A stretch of DNA of 64,000 nucleotides, from assembly GCA_023129075.1 (NCBI GenBank), contig JAGMCT010000001.1:2099-66098 (forward strand), written 5' to 3'. The notes under the pieces were generated by a model. That model made no database searches. It saw nothing but the letters and a program-made list of their open reading frames with translations, and was not told the DNA's origin. Positions 45,771 to 54,141 of this stretch are shown in pieces. Within the stretch, counting starts at the first letter, position 1; each line of letters starts with the position of its first letter. The DNA comes from Candidatus Micrarchaeota archaeon. Its GTDB lineage: Archaea > Micrarchaeota > Micrarchaeia > Anstonellales > Bilamarchaeaceae. A program made the position numbers and the translations under genes.

Positions 45771-46202
45771 TTACAACCATCTTTTTAGAACAATATATGT
45801 TTTGGTATCTCTTATCCTGCCCAAACTTCTCATGATTCCTATCTTCTCATCTATATCTTCTAGATCCTCCCCCTCAATTACCACACATCCATCATATTCC
45901 CCGTAAATATCGTAAATCCGTTCTGCAATTCCGAGTTCCTTAATTGCCTTGAGTGCGAGTTTATCGCTCCCCTTTGACCTCATCATTACGATAGCTGCTC
46001 TTTTTCTAGTTGGCGTTTCTATAGTGAATCTCTTTATATCTCCCTTTCTGAGCAGCATTTCTATTCTTTTTCTTATCGCCCCTTCGCTTAGTCCAACTTC
46101 TGCCGCAATCTCGGTGTTTTTCATCCGGCTGTTTTCTTTAAGAAGGTCTATTATCCTTTTATTGGTTCTGTCAAGAGATGAGACCATATTTTCGGTTCTC
46201 AT
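45771..46202 (-). CDS. lrp: Lrp/AsnC family transcriptional regulator
   Basis: N-terminal HTH NKRIIDLLKENSRMKNTEIAAEVGLSEGAIRKRIEML plus a C-terminal RAM-like domain; stop is 9 nt before the purL start. Confidence 0.88.
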   Translation of the reverse strand: MRTENMVSSLDRTNKRIIDLLKENSRMKNTEIAAEVGLSEGAIRKRIEMLLRKGDIKRFTIETPTRKRAAIVMMRSKGSDKLALKAIKELGIAERIYDIYGEYDGCVVIEGEDLEDIDEKIGIMRSLGRIRDTKTYIVLKRWL

Positions 46203-46239
46203 ATAAGGTTTATATTTGTTTCTTTCGTTTTTCGTATAT

Positions 46240-46257
46240 ATGTAACTATAGTTACAT
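46240..46257. repeat. 18-bp perfect palindrome, copy 4
   Basis: Exact match. Lies 37 nt upstream of the lrp start and 14 nt past the ugd stop. Confidence 0.95.
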
Positions 46258-46271
46258 TCAATTTACTAATC

Positions 46272-47522
46272 CTACCAGCAAATCCCATAATAATTTCCAC
46301 TGGTTTTCTTGTTCAGCACCTTTCTTCCGTCAAAAACAGTTTTCCCTTCATAAAGTTTCTCGTCCTTGAATTCTTCCCATTCAGTCAGCAAAAATGCAAC
46401 CTCTGCTTTCCCAAGTGCATCTTCCTTGCTTTTGCAGTATTCAATCTCTCCTTTAATTACTTTCTTTGCATTCTCCATCGCCTTAGGGTCGTATGCATGC
46501 ACCGTTGCCCCAAGCTTCACAAGTTCTTCAACTATTCTTATTGCAGGCGCCTCCCGTATGTCATCACTGTCTGGTTTGAACGCCAGACCAAGCACAGCAA
46601 CATCCTTTCCATCAAGGCTCCCCAAAACCTTTTTTGCCATCTCAACTATCTTCAGAGGCTGGCCCTCATTTATTGTTATTACAGACTCCAGTAGTTTTGG
46701 TTCAACCCCATTTTCCTTTCCAGTATGAATCAATGATTTGACATCCTTTGGAAAACAACTTCCCCCAAATCCTATTCCTGCATTCAAAAAATAAGGAGAG
46801 AGTCTTCTGTCCATTCCAACCCCTTTCATTACCTCATAAACATCCATTCCAAGCTTCCTGCATAAGTTCCCCACCTCATTTGCAAAAGAAATCTTCGTTG
46901 CAAGCAGGGAATTGGAAGCATACTTTATCATCTCTGCGGTTTTCAAATCCGTCTCCAGGATAGGGCAGTCAAAGGAGGAATATAATTCCTTTATCTTTTC
47001 TATTGACTCCTTACTGTTTCCTCCAATCACAATCCTATCCGGGTTAATAAAGTCCTCAACCGCTTTCCCTTCTCTTAAAAACTCAGGGTTCATTCCCATC
47101 CCAAATCGTTCTCCTATTATTTCATGCACTTTCTCACTCGTTCCGGGCGGGACAGTGCTTTTTACCACCACAACGTGCCAGTCCTTTTCTTTGAGTGCAT
47201 TTCTTATTCCCTCAGCAGCACTTTCAACATACGCCAGGTTAGTGCTTCCATCTTCTTTTGAAGGAGTTCCCACACAAATAAATGTTAGTTCAGAATCCTT
47301 GACCGCACAATCCAAATCCAGCGTAGCCCGTATTCTTTTTGCCTCAAGATTCCTTTTCAGCATCTCCTCTAATTCAGCCTCATAGATAGGACTGATTCCG
47401 TTGTTTATTTTTTCCACTTTCTCAGGCAGGACATCTACACATGTTACATCATGCCCTAATTCAGCAAAACACACTCCGCTTACCAACCCAACATAACCAG
47501 TACCGATAATAGAAACCTTCAT
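46272..47522 (-). CDS. UDP-glucose/GDP-mannose dehydrogenase family protein
   Basis: MKVSIIGTGYVGLV Rossmann start, GFGGSCFPKD catalytic Cys motif. Confidence 0.9.
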   Translation of the reverse strand: MKVSIIGTGYVGLVSGVCFAELGHDVTCVDVLPEKVEKINNGISPIYEAELEEMLKRNLEAKRIRATLDLDCAVKDSELTFICVGTPSKEDGSTNLAYVESAAEGIRNALKEKDWHVVVVKSTVPPGTSEKVHEIIGERFGMGMNPEFLREGKAVEDFINPDRIVIGGNSKESIEKIKELYSSFDCPILETDLKTAEMIKYASNSLLATKISFANEVGNLCRKLGMDVYEVMKGVGMDRRLSPYFLNAGIGFGGSCFPKDVKSLIHTGKENGVEPKLLESVITINEGQPLKIVEMAKKVLGSLDGKDVAVLGLAFKPDSDDIREAPAIRIVEELVKLGATVHAYDPKAMENAKKVIKGEIEYCKSKEDALGKAEVAFLLTEWEEFKDEKLYEGKTVFDGRKVLNKKTSGNYYGICW

Positions 47523-47627
47523 ACTTTCTTTTCGTTCCGAAACATAAATAAAAAGATAGCAAAGGCCAGAGAAATTCAAATTGTGTTAAAACTTATATTT
47601 ATAAACATTACCACACATAATAATATT

Positions 47628-48089
47628 ATGAAAAACAAATCCCTGAGAAAGATACAGAAAGCAGCAAGAATAGGAATAATTGCACTTAATATCTTCACCT
47701 GTTCTATCCCATTAATATCCCATACCCAGGAAACCAAACAAGTAAAACAAATGAAGGCAGTGGATTACGAAAACAAGGCCGATGCATTAAAAATTATAGA
47801 TAAAAAAGCAGCAGCAAAACTCTACAAGAAAGCTGCGATGGAATACGAAAAGGATTTTGATTTCACTCTGGATTCAGCTTCCTGCTATAAGAAAGCAGCA
47901 GATTTAACAGATGATAAGGAAGAAAAAAAGGACCTGCTTAGAAACTCCATTTTTTTATATGAAAAGGTAATAATCATATTTGAAAAACTATTGGGAACTG
48001 AAGGGATTGTTGAGAATATCGAGGTTATGAGGGATGAGGCAAAGAAAGAGCTTGAAAAGTTAAATGATAAAGAAGAACCTGCTAAATAA
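47628..48089 (+). CDS. Hypothetical protein with N-terminal signal/anchor
   Basis: ATG at 47628; IGIIALNIFTCSIPLI hydrophobic segment, then a helical K/E-rich region. Confidence 0.5.
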   Translation: MKNKSLRKIQKAARIGIIALNIFTCSIPLISHTQETKQVKQMKAVDYENKADALKIIDKKAAAKLYKKAAMEYEKDFDFTLDSASCYKKAADLTDDKEEKKDLLRNSIFLYEKVIIIFEKLLGTEGIVENIEVMRDEAKKELEKLNDKEEPAK

Positions 48090-48143
48090 AACATCATCGC
48101 TCTTGTTCCTTGTTGAAAACCCATAAAGGATAGAATGAGATAC

Positions 48144-48959
48144 CTATCTGCTTTCTGAGCACACATAAGTTATAAATTCTGCTTTTGGGTCGTATCCTTT
48201 CCTATAATCCGAATAAATCTCAATTTCATTGAAACCAACTTCCTCCAATAAACCGATGATTTCTCCTTTTTTGAATGGATATACAACTAGATGAGCAACC
48301 TTTCCGTTTTCTTTATGCTGGTATTCCATTACTACTAAGTTCTCTTTGATTAGAATAGGACGCCCTTCAACCAAATTTCCGCAATAAACAATCTCTTTCT
48401 CGTGTTTGAATATCTTTTCAAACATCAACCCATAGTTCCTTTCATCTATGATTAATCTTCCTTTTTCTTTGAGAATCCTCCTAAAGGAAGATAATGCTCT
48501 CAGCTGGTCCTTTCTTTTGAAAAGATATCCAAGGGAATTTCCAAGGCAAAGAACCGAATCAAACCGATTATCCAGTTGTGGTGGAATATCTCTCCAGTCA
48601 TAATTATGTATATCTTTTAGTTCAACCCCGAATCTAGTTGCCTCTGTTTTTGCTACCCTTACTAATTTCTGGTCTATTTCATTAGAAATTATATTGTATA
48701 CTCCTGCAAGCTTCAATCCTATTGTTGCTGCTCCTGAGCCTAAACAAGCGTCAAATACATCTGCGGTCCTTTCGATGTGTTTCAGAAGAAAGGGAACCTC
48801 TTTTTTCATTCTTTTTTCCAATCCTACAAAATCAGGCCACATCTCTGCAAGGACCTTCCCGTCGAGGTTCAGTCTCAGGTGCCTTATCCTCTTCAATCCT
48901 TTCTCTCCTATCTGCCCACGCAGATAAGCCAAGTGTTTATGTTTTTTGTGTCTTGTCAT
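48144..48959 (-). CDS. SAM-dependent methyltransferase (glycine/sarcosine N-methyltransferase-like layout)
   Basis: VFDACLGSGAATIGL motif I, SNEID, FDSVLCLGNSLGYL. Confidence 0.75.
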   Translation of the reverse strand: MTRHKKHKHLAYLRGQIGEKGLKRIRHLRLNLDGKVLAEMWPDFVGLEKRMKKEVPFLLKHIERTADVFDACLGSGAATIGLKLAGVYNIISNEIDQKLVRVAKTEATRFGVELKDIHNYDWRDIPPQLDNRFDSVLCLGNSLGYLFKRKDQLRALSSFRRILKEKGRLIIDERNYGLMFEKIFKHEKEIVYCGNLVEGRPILIKENLVVMEYQHKENGKVAHLVVYPFKKGEIIGLLEEVGFNEIEIYSDYRKGYDPKAEFITYVCSESR

Positions 48960-49054
48960 GTTTATTTATGTGTCTTTGCTTATATTTTAATTTTCCTGAG
49001 CCACTTTTTGAAAAATCCTTAACTTTATAAACCATTTCTTTCATATAGTTCAAT

Positions 49055-50014
49055 ATGGTCTATAAATTAGATAATAAGTCCAAAAAACTCTTATATGAGC
49101 TTGATTTGAACGCACGACAGCCCTCTTCCTCTCTTGCAAAAAAACTCAGGGTTCCCAAAAGCCTCATCACCTATAAGATTTCAAAACTAAAGAAAGAAGG
49201 GATAATCAAGAATTTTTATACTTTAATAGATACGTATAAGATGGGCTACATCAGTGTTAGGATTTATATCACATTTCAATATGCAAGTGAAGAGAAAAGA
49301 AAGGAGATTGCTAATTATTTCATTAGAAATGAAAATACCTGGTGGGTAAGTTCTACTGACGGCTGGTTTGATTTGGCCGTGATTTTCTGGATAAAAAACA
49401 TGGCAGACTTCACAACTTTCTGGAATGACATTCTGGAGAGATACAGGAACTATTTTGAAAACTATTTATTTACTATTTACCTCAGGTTGGAGAATTTTAA
49501 TTATGTTTATTTTCTGGATGAAAAGAATCTAGAGAGAAAATCCTTTTCTATAGGCTGTGCTGAGCAGGTAGAAGTAGATAAAACAGATATGAAGATACTA
49601 AAAGTTATTTCAAATAATGCCAGGGCGCCGCTTGTAGAGATAGCAAAGAGGTGCGGTATCTCCTTCCCTACCGCAAAACAAAGGCTGAAAAAACTTGAAA
49701 AGTCAGGGGTTATTGTTGGTTACAGGGTTGACCTGAATTTTAGGAAACTTGGCTATGAGCAATATAAAGTGGATATCTTTCTTAAGGATTATAAAAGAAA
49801 GGAAGAAATAGCAAATTTTGCAAGACGCTCCAGAAATCTCGTTTATATAGATTATTCTGCGGGTATGTCAGATGTAGAAGTTGAATACCATTTCAAAGAC
49901 AGAAATGAGTTCTACAAAGAGATGAGCAGTCTGTTGAAGAAGTTTCCTGAGGATATAAAAAGATACAAATATGTCATTTTCCCTGAAATTTACAAGATAG
50001 ATTTTGTTCCTTAA
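49055..50014 (+). CDS. Tandem-duplicated Lrp/AsnC-type regulator (two HTH + effector-like modules)
   Basis: KSKKLLYELDLNARQPSSSLAKKLRVPKSLITYKISKLKKEGII and DMKILKVISNNARAPLVEIAKRCGISFPTAKQRLKKLEKSGVI. Confidence 0.8.
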   Translation: MVYKLDNKSKKLLYELDLNARQPSSSLAKKLRVPKSLITYKISKLKKEGIIKNFYTLIDTYKMGYISVRIYITFQYASEEKRKEIANYFIRNENTWWVSSTDGWFDLAVIFWIKNMADFTTFWNDILERYRNYFENYLFTIYLRLENFNYVYFLDEKNLERKSFSIGCAEQVEVDKTDMKILKVISNNARAPLVEIAKRCGISFPTAKQRLKKLEKSGVIVGYRVDLNFRKLGYEQYKVDIFLKDYKRKEEIANFARRSRNLVYIDYSAGMSDVEVEYHFKDRNEFYKEMSSLLKKFPEDIKRYKYVIFPEIYKIDFVP

Positions 50015-50019
50015 CTAGT

Positions 50020-50037
50020 ATGTAACTATAGTTACAT
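50020..50037. repeat. 18-bp perfect palindrome, copy 5
   Basis: Exact match. Lies between convergent 3' ends, 5 nt after the 49055-50014 stop and directly abutting the fen stop codon. Confidence 0.95.
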
Positions 50038-51078
50038 TCACTCAAACCACGCAGAAATCTTCCTCTGATTCTTACTTTCCCCAATATTCTTCATTATTTC
50101 TTTTCCCACCTTCTCAATTCTTTCCTCGTTAAAATCATGCTCTTCAACAAGCAGTTCCTTCAACCCATCCAAACTGACTTTCCCCCACCTGAATTCAGAA
50201 GCCTCTTTATGCGGTGGATTCAAAAAGAATTTATAAACATCATCAATATATTCCTCAAATTCATAGGAATACTTCTCCTTTATATACTCTTTAACCTCCT
50301 CCCATTCCTTATATTCTTTTACAATCTTCAAACCAGTTTTCGGCCCAACCCCCCTCACACCCTTATTAAAATCAGTTCCGCACATCAAGCCCATTACAAT
50401 CAACTGTTCTCTATTAATCCCAAGCCCTTTCAAAACCTTGTCAAGAAAAATCATCTCAGGCTCCACAGTAATAAACCTGTTCTGCCTTGGCACCTTCCTC
50501 TTTCCGGATAAAGATAAATTCCTCACAAGCACAGGACACCCAAACAAAAGTGAATCATAATCCTGCGAAGCAACAGCATAAGCCAGTCCTTTCTCCATCA
50601 TCCATGCCCCCTGTGCTTCTCCCTCGCTCTCTGCCTGCACCCATGGCACTCCCATATAACCCAATAATCTTTTGGTCTCTTCAACCATTTCCTTCGTCAG
50701 CCTTGATGAACCCTGTGCATACTTTTTTGCTTCCTCAAACCTTTCTTCTTCAAGCGCTTTTTTCCATTTTTCTTCTGCTTCTTTTCTTGTTTCCGCTCTT
50801 TCGGCTCTTGTTTCTTCTTTAAATGGAGGTGGTTTTCCGTCAAACACATAATAAGGTTTTATTCCTTCCTTAATAAATTTGGAAGTTCTGTAAAAGATTC
50901 CTGATAAATGAGCCGTAATGTTTCCTTTAAAATCCTTCAGAGGTGTTCCATCTTCCTGCCTTATGGATGCAAGAAATTGATAAAGGGCATTCATTCCATC
51001 TATAGCTATTACCTTTCCATTTAACTCTTCAAATTTTATGCTCTCCTTTTCAACAATATCCCGTAAATCCACTCCCAT
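50038..51078 (-). CDS. fen: Flap endonuclease 1
   Basis: MGVDLRDIV..., AIDGMNALYQF, C-terminal PIP box QRKISAWF. Confidence 0.95.
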   Translation of the reverse strand: MGVDLRDIVEKESIKFEELNGKVIAIDGMNALYQFLASIRQEDGTPLKDFKGNITAHLSGIFYRTSKFIKEGIKPYYVFDGKPPPFKEETRAERAETRKEAEEKWKKALEEERFEEAKKYAQGSSRLTKEMVEETKRLLGYMGVPWVQAESEGEAQGAWMMEKGLAYAVASQDYDSLLFGCPVLVRNLSLSGKRKVPRQNRFITVEPEMIFLDKVLKGLGINREQLIVMGLMCGTDFNKGVRGVGPKTGLKIVKEYKEWEEVKEYIKEKYSYEFEEYIDDVYKFFLNPPHKEASEFRWGKVSLDGLKELLVEEHDFNEERIEKVGKEIMKNIGESKNQRKISAWFE

Positions 51079-51549
51079 CTATTTCCCCTTTTTTTCCTTC
51101 TCCATTTCAAGCAATTCCAGAAGGGTAAGCTCTTTTATCTTTCCTTTTTCATGAGATGGGGTGATTTCAGCACCAACCTTTTCCACAAGTTTTATATCCA
51201 GCGTTTTTTCAATCTTTCTCAAAACCTTTATAGGCGGGGATGTTTCTTCCTTTTCAATCCTGTCTATATAAGAAGCCATTTCATTTATGCGTTGTGCAAA
51301 TCCTTCAAGTTTCATTCCTATCTTTTCTCTTGCTTCCCTTATCTTCTTTCCATAACCCAGCACTGCCTCTTCTTCTTCCCTTCTTCTTGGTCTTGCTTCC
51401 CTTGGCCGTTCTTTGCTTCCTCCAATACTCTGGCCGAATCTTCCCACTACCTTTGAATCTCCTGCACAATAATTACAAACATTCAATTTAGCCCCTTCTA
51501 TTACAACAACTACGCTTGCTTCTCTTTTTCCGCATATCTCGCATTCCAT
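51079..51549 (-). CDS. Archaeal multiprotein-bridging factor 1 (zinc ribbon + XRE-type HTH)
   Basis: MECEICGK...CNYC zinc ribbon, HTH segment IREAREKIGMKLEGFAQRINE. Confidence 0.85.
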   Translation of the reverse strand: MECEICGKREASVVVVIEGAKLNVCNYCAGDSKVVGRFGQSIGGSKERPREARPRRREEEEAVLGYGKKIREAREKIGMKLEGFAQRINEMASYIDRIEKEETSPPIKVLRKIEKTLDIKLVEKVGAEITPSHEKGKIKELTLLELLEMEKEKKGK

Positions 51550-51557
51550 TCAAATCC

Positions 51558-52952
51558 CTATACATTGAAGTATTTTGTGAACTCATAAGCAGTCGGCTTC
51601 GTCTCATTCTCTTTATATTCCTCAAGCTTCCTGTCTATATATTCTCCTATAAGCTCCGCAGGGAACATCCCTTTTAGGAACTTATTGTCGCTTTCAAATG
51701 ATTCCACAGCTTCTATTAGATTAGTTGCCATGTACCCTACTCCATAATCTCTTCTTTCCCTTGCCTTCATTCCTTTTAGGTCTGCTTCTACAGGGTCTCC
51801 CGGTTCCATCTTATTTCTTATTCCATCCAGACCTGCTGCAGCAATTGCAGAATAAGCAAGATAAGGATTCACGCTTGCATCAGCACCGGTAAATGTTATA
51901 TGTTTCCTGTGTTTTTCATTCCTTATGCTGGTATTTACATATACAAGTGCATATTCACTTTTTGTACTCCAGGCAACATACCTCGGGTCAATTATAAGTT
52001 TTCTGTATGAGTTGGTTGAAGGATTGGTAAACACAGAAAGAGCATTTGCATGCTCCAGCAGCCCCCCAATATAATATCTTGCATATTGACTTAACTGCTT
52101 GTCCTCGTCCTTCGGGTCAAACATCACATTATCGTCTACTTTCCACAAACTCTGATGTATCTTCAGTCCGTTTCCTGTTTCTCCGGTCACAGGATAAGGC
52201 ATAAATGTTGCGCTCGTATTTGCAATCATTGCAAGATTTTTTACAACATATTTTAAGGTAGTCATCGCATCCGCAGCTGTTGTTAATGGGTATTTTTGCA
52301 TAACCATCCTTTGATGTGAGGATACTGCCTTTCCGTGTGAATGTGTTACTATAGAATAATTGAAATTATCCTCAAGAACTTCAGAACTCTGCGCCCTTGC
52401 AGTATACAATGAATCATACGGCTGGTCCACAAACCCCTTGTTATCCTTGGTCCATAAAGGAGAAGGATTCCAGGGAGATTCTCTTGCATCTATCAGCACA
52501 TTCGCTCCTCTTTCCGGAGCAACCTTATCCACGGTTATCGCATCAAAAACATAGAATTCAATCTCACCGCTTGTTTCAAGCCTGTCGAAGCCCATCGCCT
52601 TATGCGTCACCTCAACCCTTTTTGAAACCCCCCTCGAGTCTTTGAGAAATCCTTCTCTATCCTTTGCGCCTACGACTCTGCAGAGTAATCTTGCTGTTGC
52701 GGTTTCCCAGGGCACCCTCCCAAAAGTATCAGGGTCAGGCATCAAAAGCAGTTCCCCCTGCTCGGCCCACCCATAAACCTCTGTCAGGTCTGCGTTGTGC
52801 ACTCCTTTCCTGAAAGTATCTTCACTAAGCTCCCTTGCAGGCATAGTAGTATTATACTGCTTTCCATCAACGCCAAAAAAAGCAAGGTTTATCCACCGTA
52901 TATTATTCTTTTCAATAAACTCAAACACTTCAGCAATCCCCATATTCAGCAC
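51558..52952 (-). CDS. glnA: Glutamine synthetase
   Basis: GS beta-grasp N-terminus, NGLKIHQSLW and ASVNPYLA motifs. Confidence 0.88.
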   Translation of the reverse strand: MLNMGIAEVFEFIEKNNIRWINLAFFGVDGKQYNTTMPARELSEDTFRKGVHNADLTEVYGWAEQGELLLMPDPDTFGRVPWETATARLLCRVVGAKDREGFLKDSRGVSKRVEVTHKAMGFDRLETSGEIEFYVFDAITVDKVAPERGANVLIDARESPWNPSPLWTKDNKGFVDQPYDSLYTARAQSSEVLEDNFNYSIVTHSHGKAVSSHQRMVMQKYPLTTAADAMTTLKYVVKNLAMIANTSATFMPYPVTGETGNGLKIHQSLWKVDDNVMFDPKDEDKQLSQYARYYIGGLLEHANALSVFTNPSTNSYRKLIIDPRYVAWSTKSEYALVYVNTSIRNEKHRKHITFTGADASVNPYLAYSAIAAAGLDGIRNKMEPGDPVEADLKGMKARERRDYGVGYMATNLIEAVESFESDNKFLKGMFPAELIGEYIDRKLEEYKENETKPTAYEFTKYFNV

Positions 52953-52976
52953 CTATTATCTTAAAAAATATGACTA

Positions 52977-52984
52977 TTTAAAAA
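52977..52984 (+). promoter_or_regulatory. TATA-like box for tRNA-Phe
   Basis: TTTAAAAA ends 27 nt (starts 35 nt) upstream of the tRNA 5' end. Confidence 0.4.
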
Positions 52985-53011
52985 ACCCTCTGTTCTATTT
53001 TTTATTCGCAA

Positions 53012-53084
53012 GCCACGGTAGCTCAGTTGGGAGAGCACTCCGCTGAAGACGGAGGGGTCGTCGGTTCAAATCCGGCTCGTGGCA
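53012..53084 (+). tRNA. tRNA-Phe (GAA)
   Basis: Hand-folded cloverleaf: acceptor GCCACGG/TCGTGGC (one G:U), anticodon arm CTCCG-CTGAAGA-CGGAG, T arm GTCGG-TTCAAAT-CCGGC. No intron and no encoded CCA. Confidence 0.93.
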
Positions 53085-53100
53085 ACATAATGGTGGTCGT

Positions 53101-53787
53101 ATGGAAAGAATTAAGGTAGGTATTGCTGGTATGGATGAAATGCTAAAAGGAGGAATCCCAAAACACAGGCACATAGCTATTTGCGGTGGTCCTGGTTCTG
53201 GTAAAACCTCACTTTGTTTTGAATATCTTTATAGGGGTGCAAAGCTCGGAGAAAAAGGCCTTTACGTTTCTCTTGAGGAAACCTCTGAAGATATACTTGA
53301 AAACCTGCAGAACGCTTTCTCTGGTATTCCTGACCTAAAGGAAATGGTGGATTCCAAACAGCTTGAGATAGCAAAACCAGACAAACTCCTGCTGGAGGAT
53401 GTTGCAGAATTAATAGAAGACAGGATAACCTCCAATAATGTAACAAGGATTGTTATTGATTCCTCAACGATGATACGGCTTTCTTTTAAGGACCTTAGTG
53501 AATACAGGCAGACGATGTTTGAGTTCTTTTCACTTCTCAGAAATCTGGACTGCACAGCGTTAATGGTTGTAGAGTCCCCTTCACAAAAACTTGAAAACAC
53601 AGTATTTGAAATAGAGCACTATGTAATGGATGGAATAATCAATCTTTATACTATTGATAAAGGAGAACAAAGACTAAAGGCAATGGAGGTTTACAAGATG
53701 AGAGGAACAGACCATATAAGGGCTCTTACACCCTATAAAATAACCCCCATGGGAATAAAAGTGTATGTAGGAGAGAAGGTTTTTTGA
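53101..53787 (+). CDS. KaiC/RadA-like single-domain ATPase
   Basis: GMDEMLKGGIP, Walker A CGGPGSGKTSL, Walker B RIVIDS. Confidence 0.85.
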   Translation: MERIKVGIAGMDEMLKGGIPKHRHIAICGGPGSGKTSLCFEYLYRGAKLGEKGLYVSLEETSEDILENLQNAFSGIPDLKEMVDSKQLEIAKPDKLLLEDVAELIEDRITSNNVTRIVIDSSTMIRLSFKDLSEYRQTMFEFFSLLRNLDCTALMVVESPSQKLENTVFEIEHYVMDGIINLYTIDKGEQRLKAMEVYKMRGTDHIRALTPYKITPMGIKVYVGEKVF

Positions 53788-53797
53788 GGTAAGAATA

Positions 53798-54136
53798 ATG
53801 CACAAAAGATATCTTTTCATTCTTTCCTCTTCCGTTCTTATTGCGTTTGCAGTAATATTCATGAATCTTTTCAAACTCAATGGTACTCCGGTGCAGTCAT
53901 TTCTTTTCCTTCTTTCAGCACCATTCATCGGCTATGTTCTTCTGCATGAATTTGAGCTTTCAAGATTCCCGAATTATGTTTTGCTCGTTCTTGTGTTTTC
54001 CGCTTTCATATTTTCAGCATTCAAATCAGGTCTTGAATTACTGATAATAGCCTCTTTCACCACTCCGTTTGCTATAATGATGCTTGTTCCTCTTTTGGAG
54101 CAGTATAGAACTGTTATTTTCAAGAAGAATAGGTGA
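53798..54136 (+). CDS. Small membrane protein
   Basis: 112 aa, four hydrophobic segments; follows the KaiC-like gene by 10 nt. Confidence 0.5.
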   Translation: MHKRYLFILSSSVLIAFAVIFMNLFKLNGTPVQSFLFLLSAPFIGYVLLHEFELSRFPNYVLLVLVFSAFIFSAFKSGLELLIIASFTTPFAIMMLVPLLEQYRTVIFKKNR

Positions 54137-54141
54137 ATAAG

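Noticed and set aside
53012-53084. tRNA intron or split tRNA
   Set aside because: The cloverleaf folds continuously at 73 nt with a standard 7-nt anticodon loop, so there is no room for an intron. Absence of an encoded CCA is normal for many archaeal tRNA genes.
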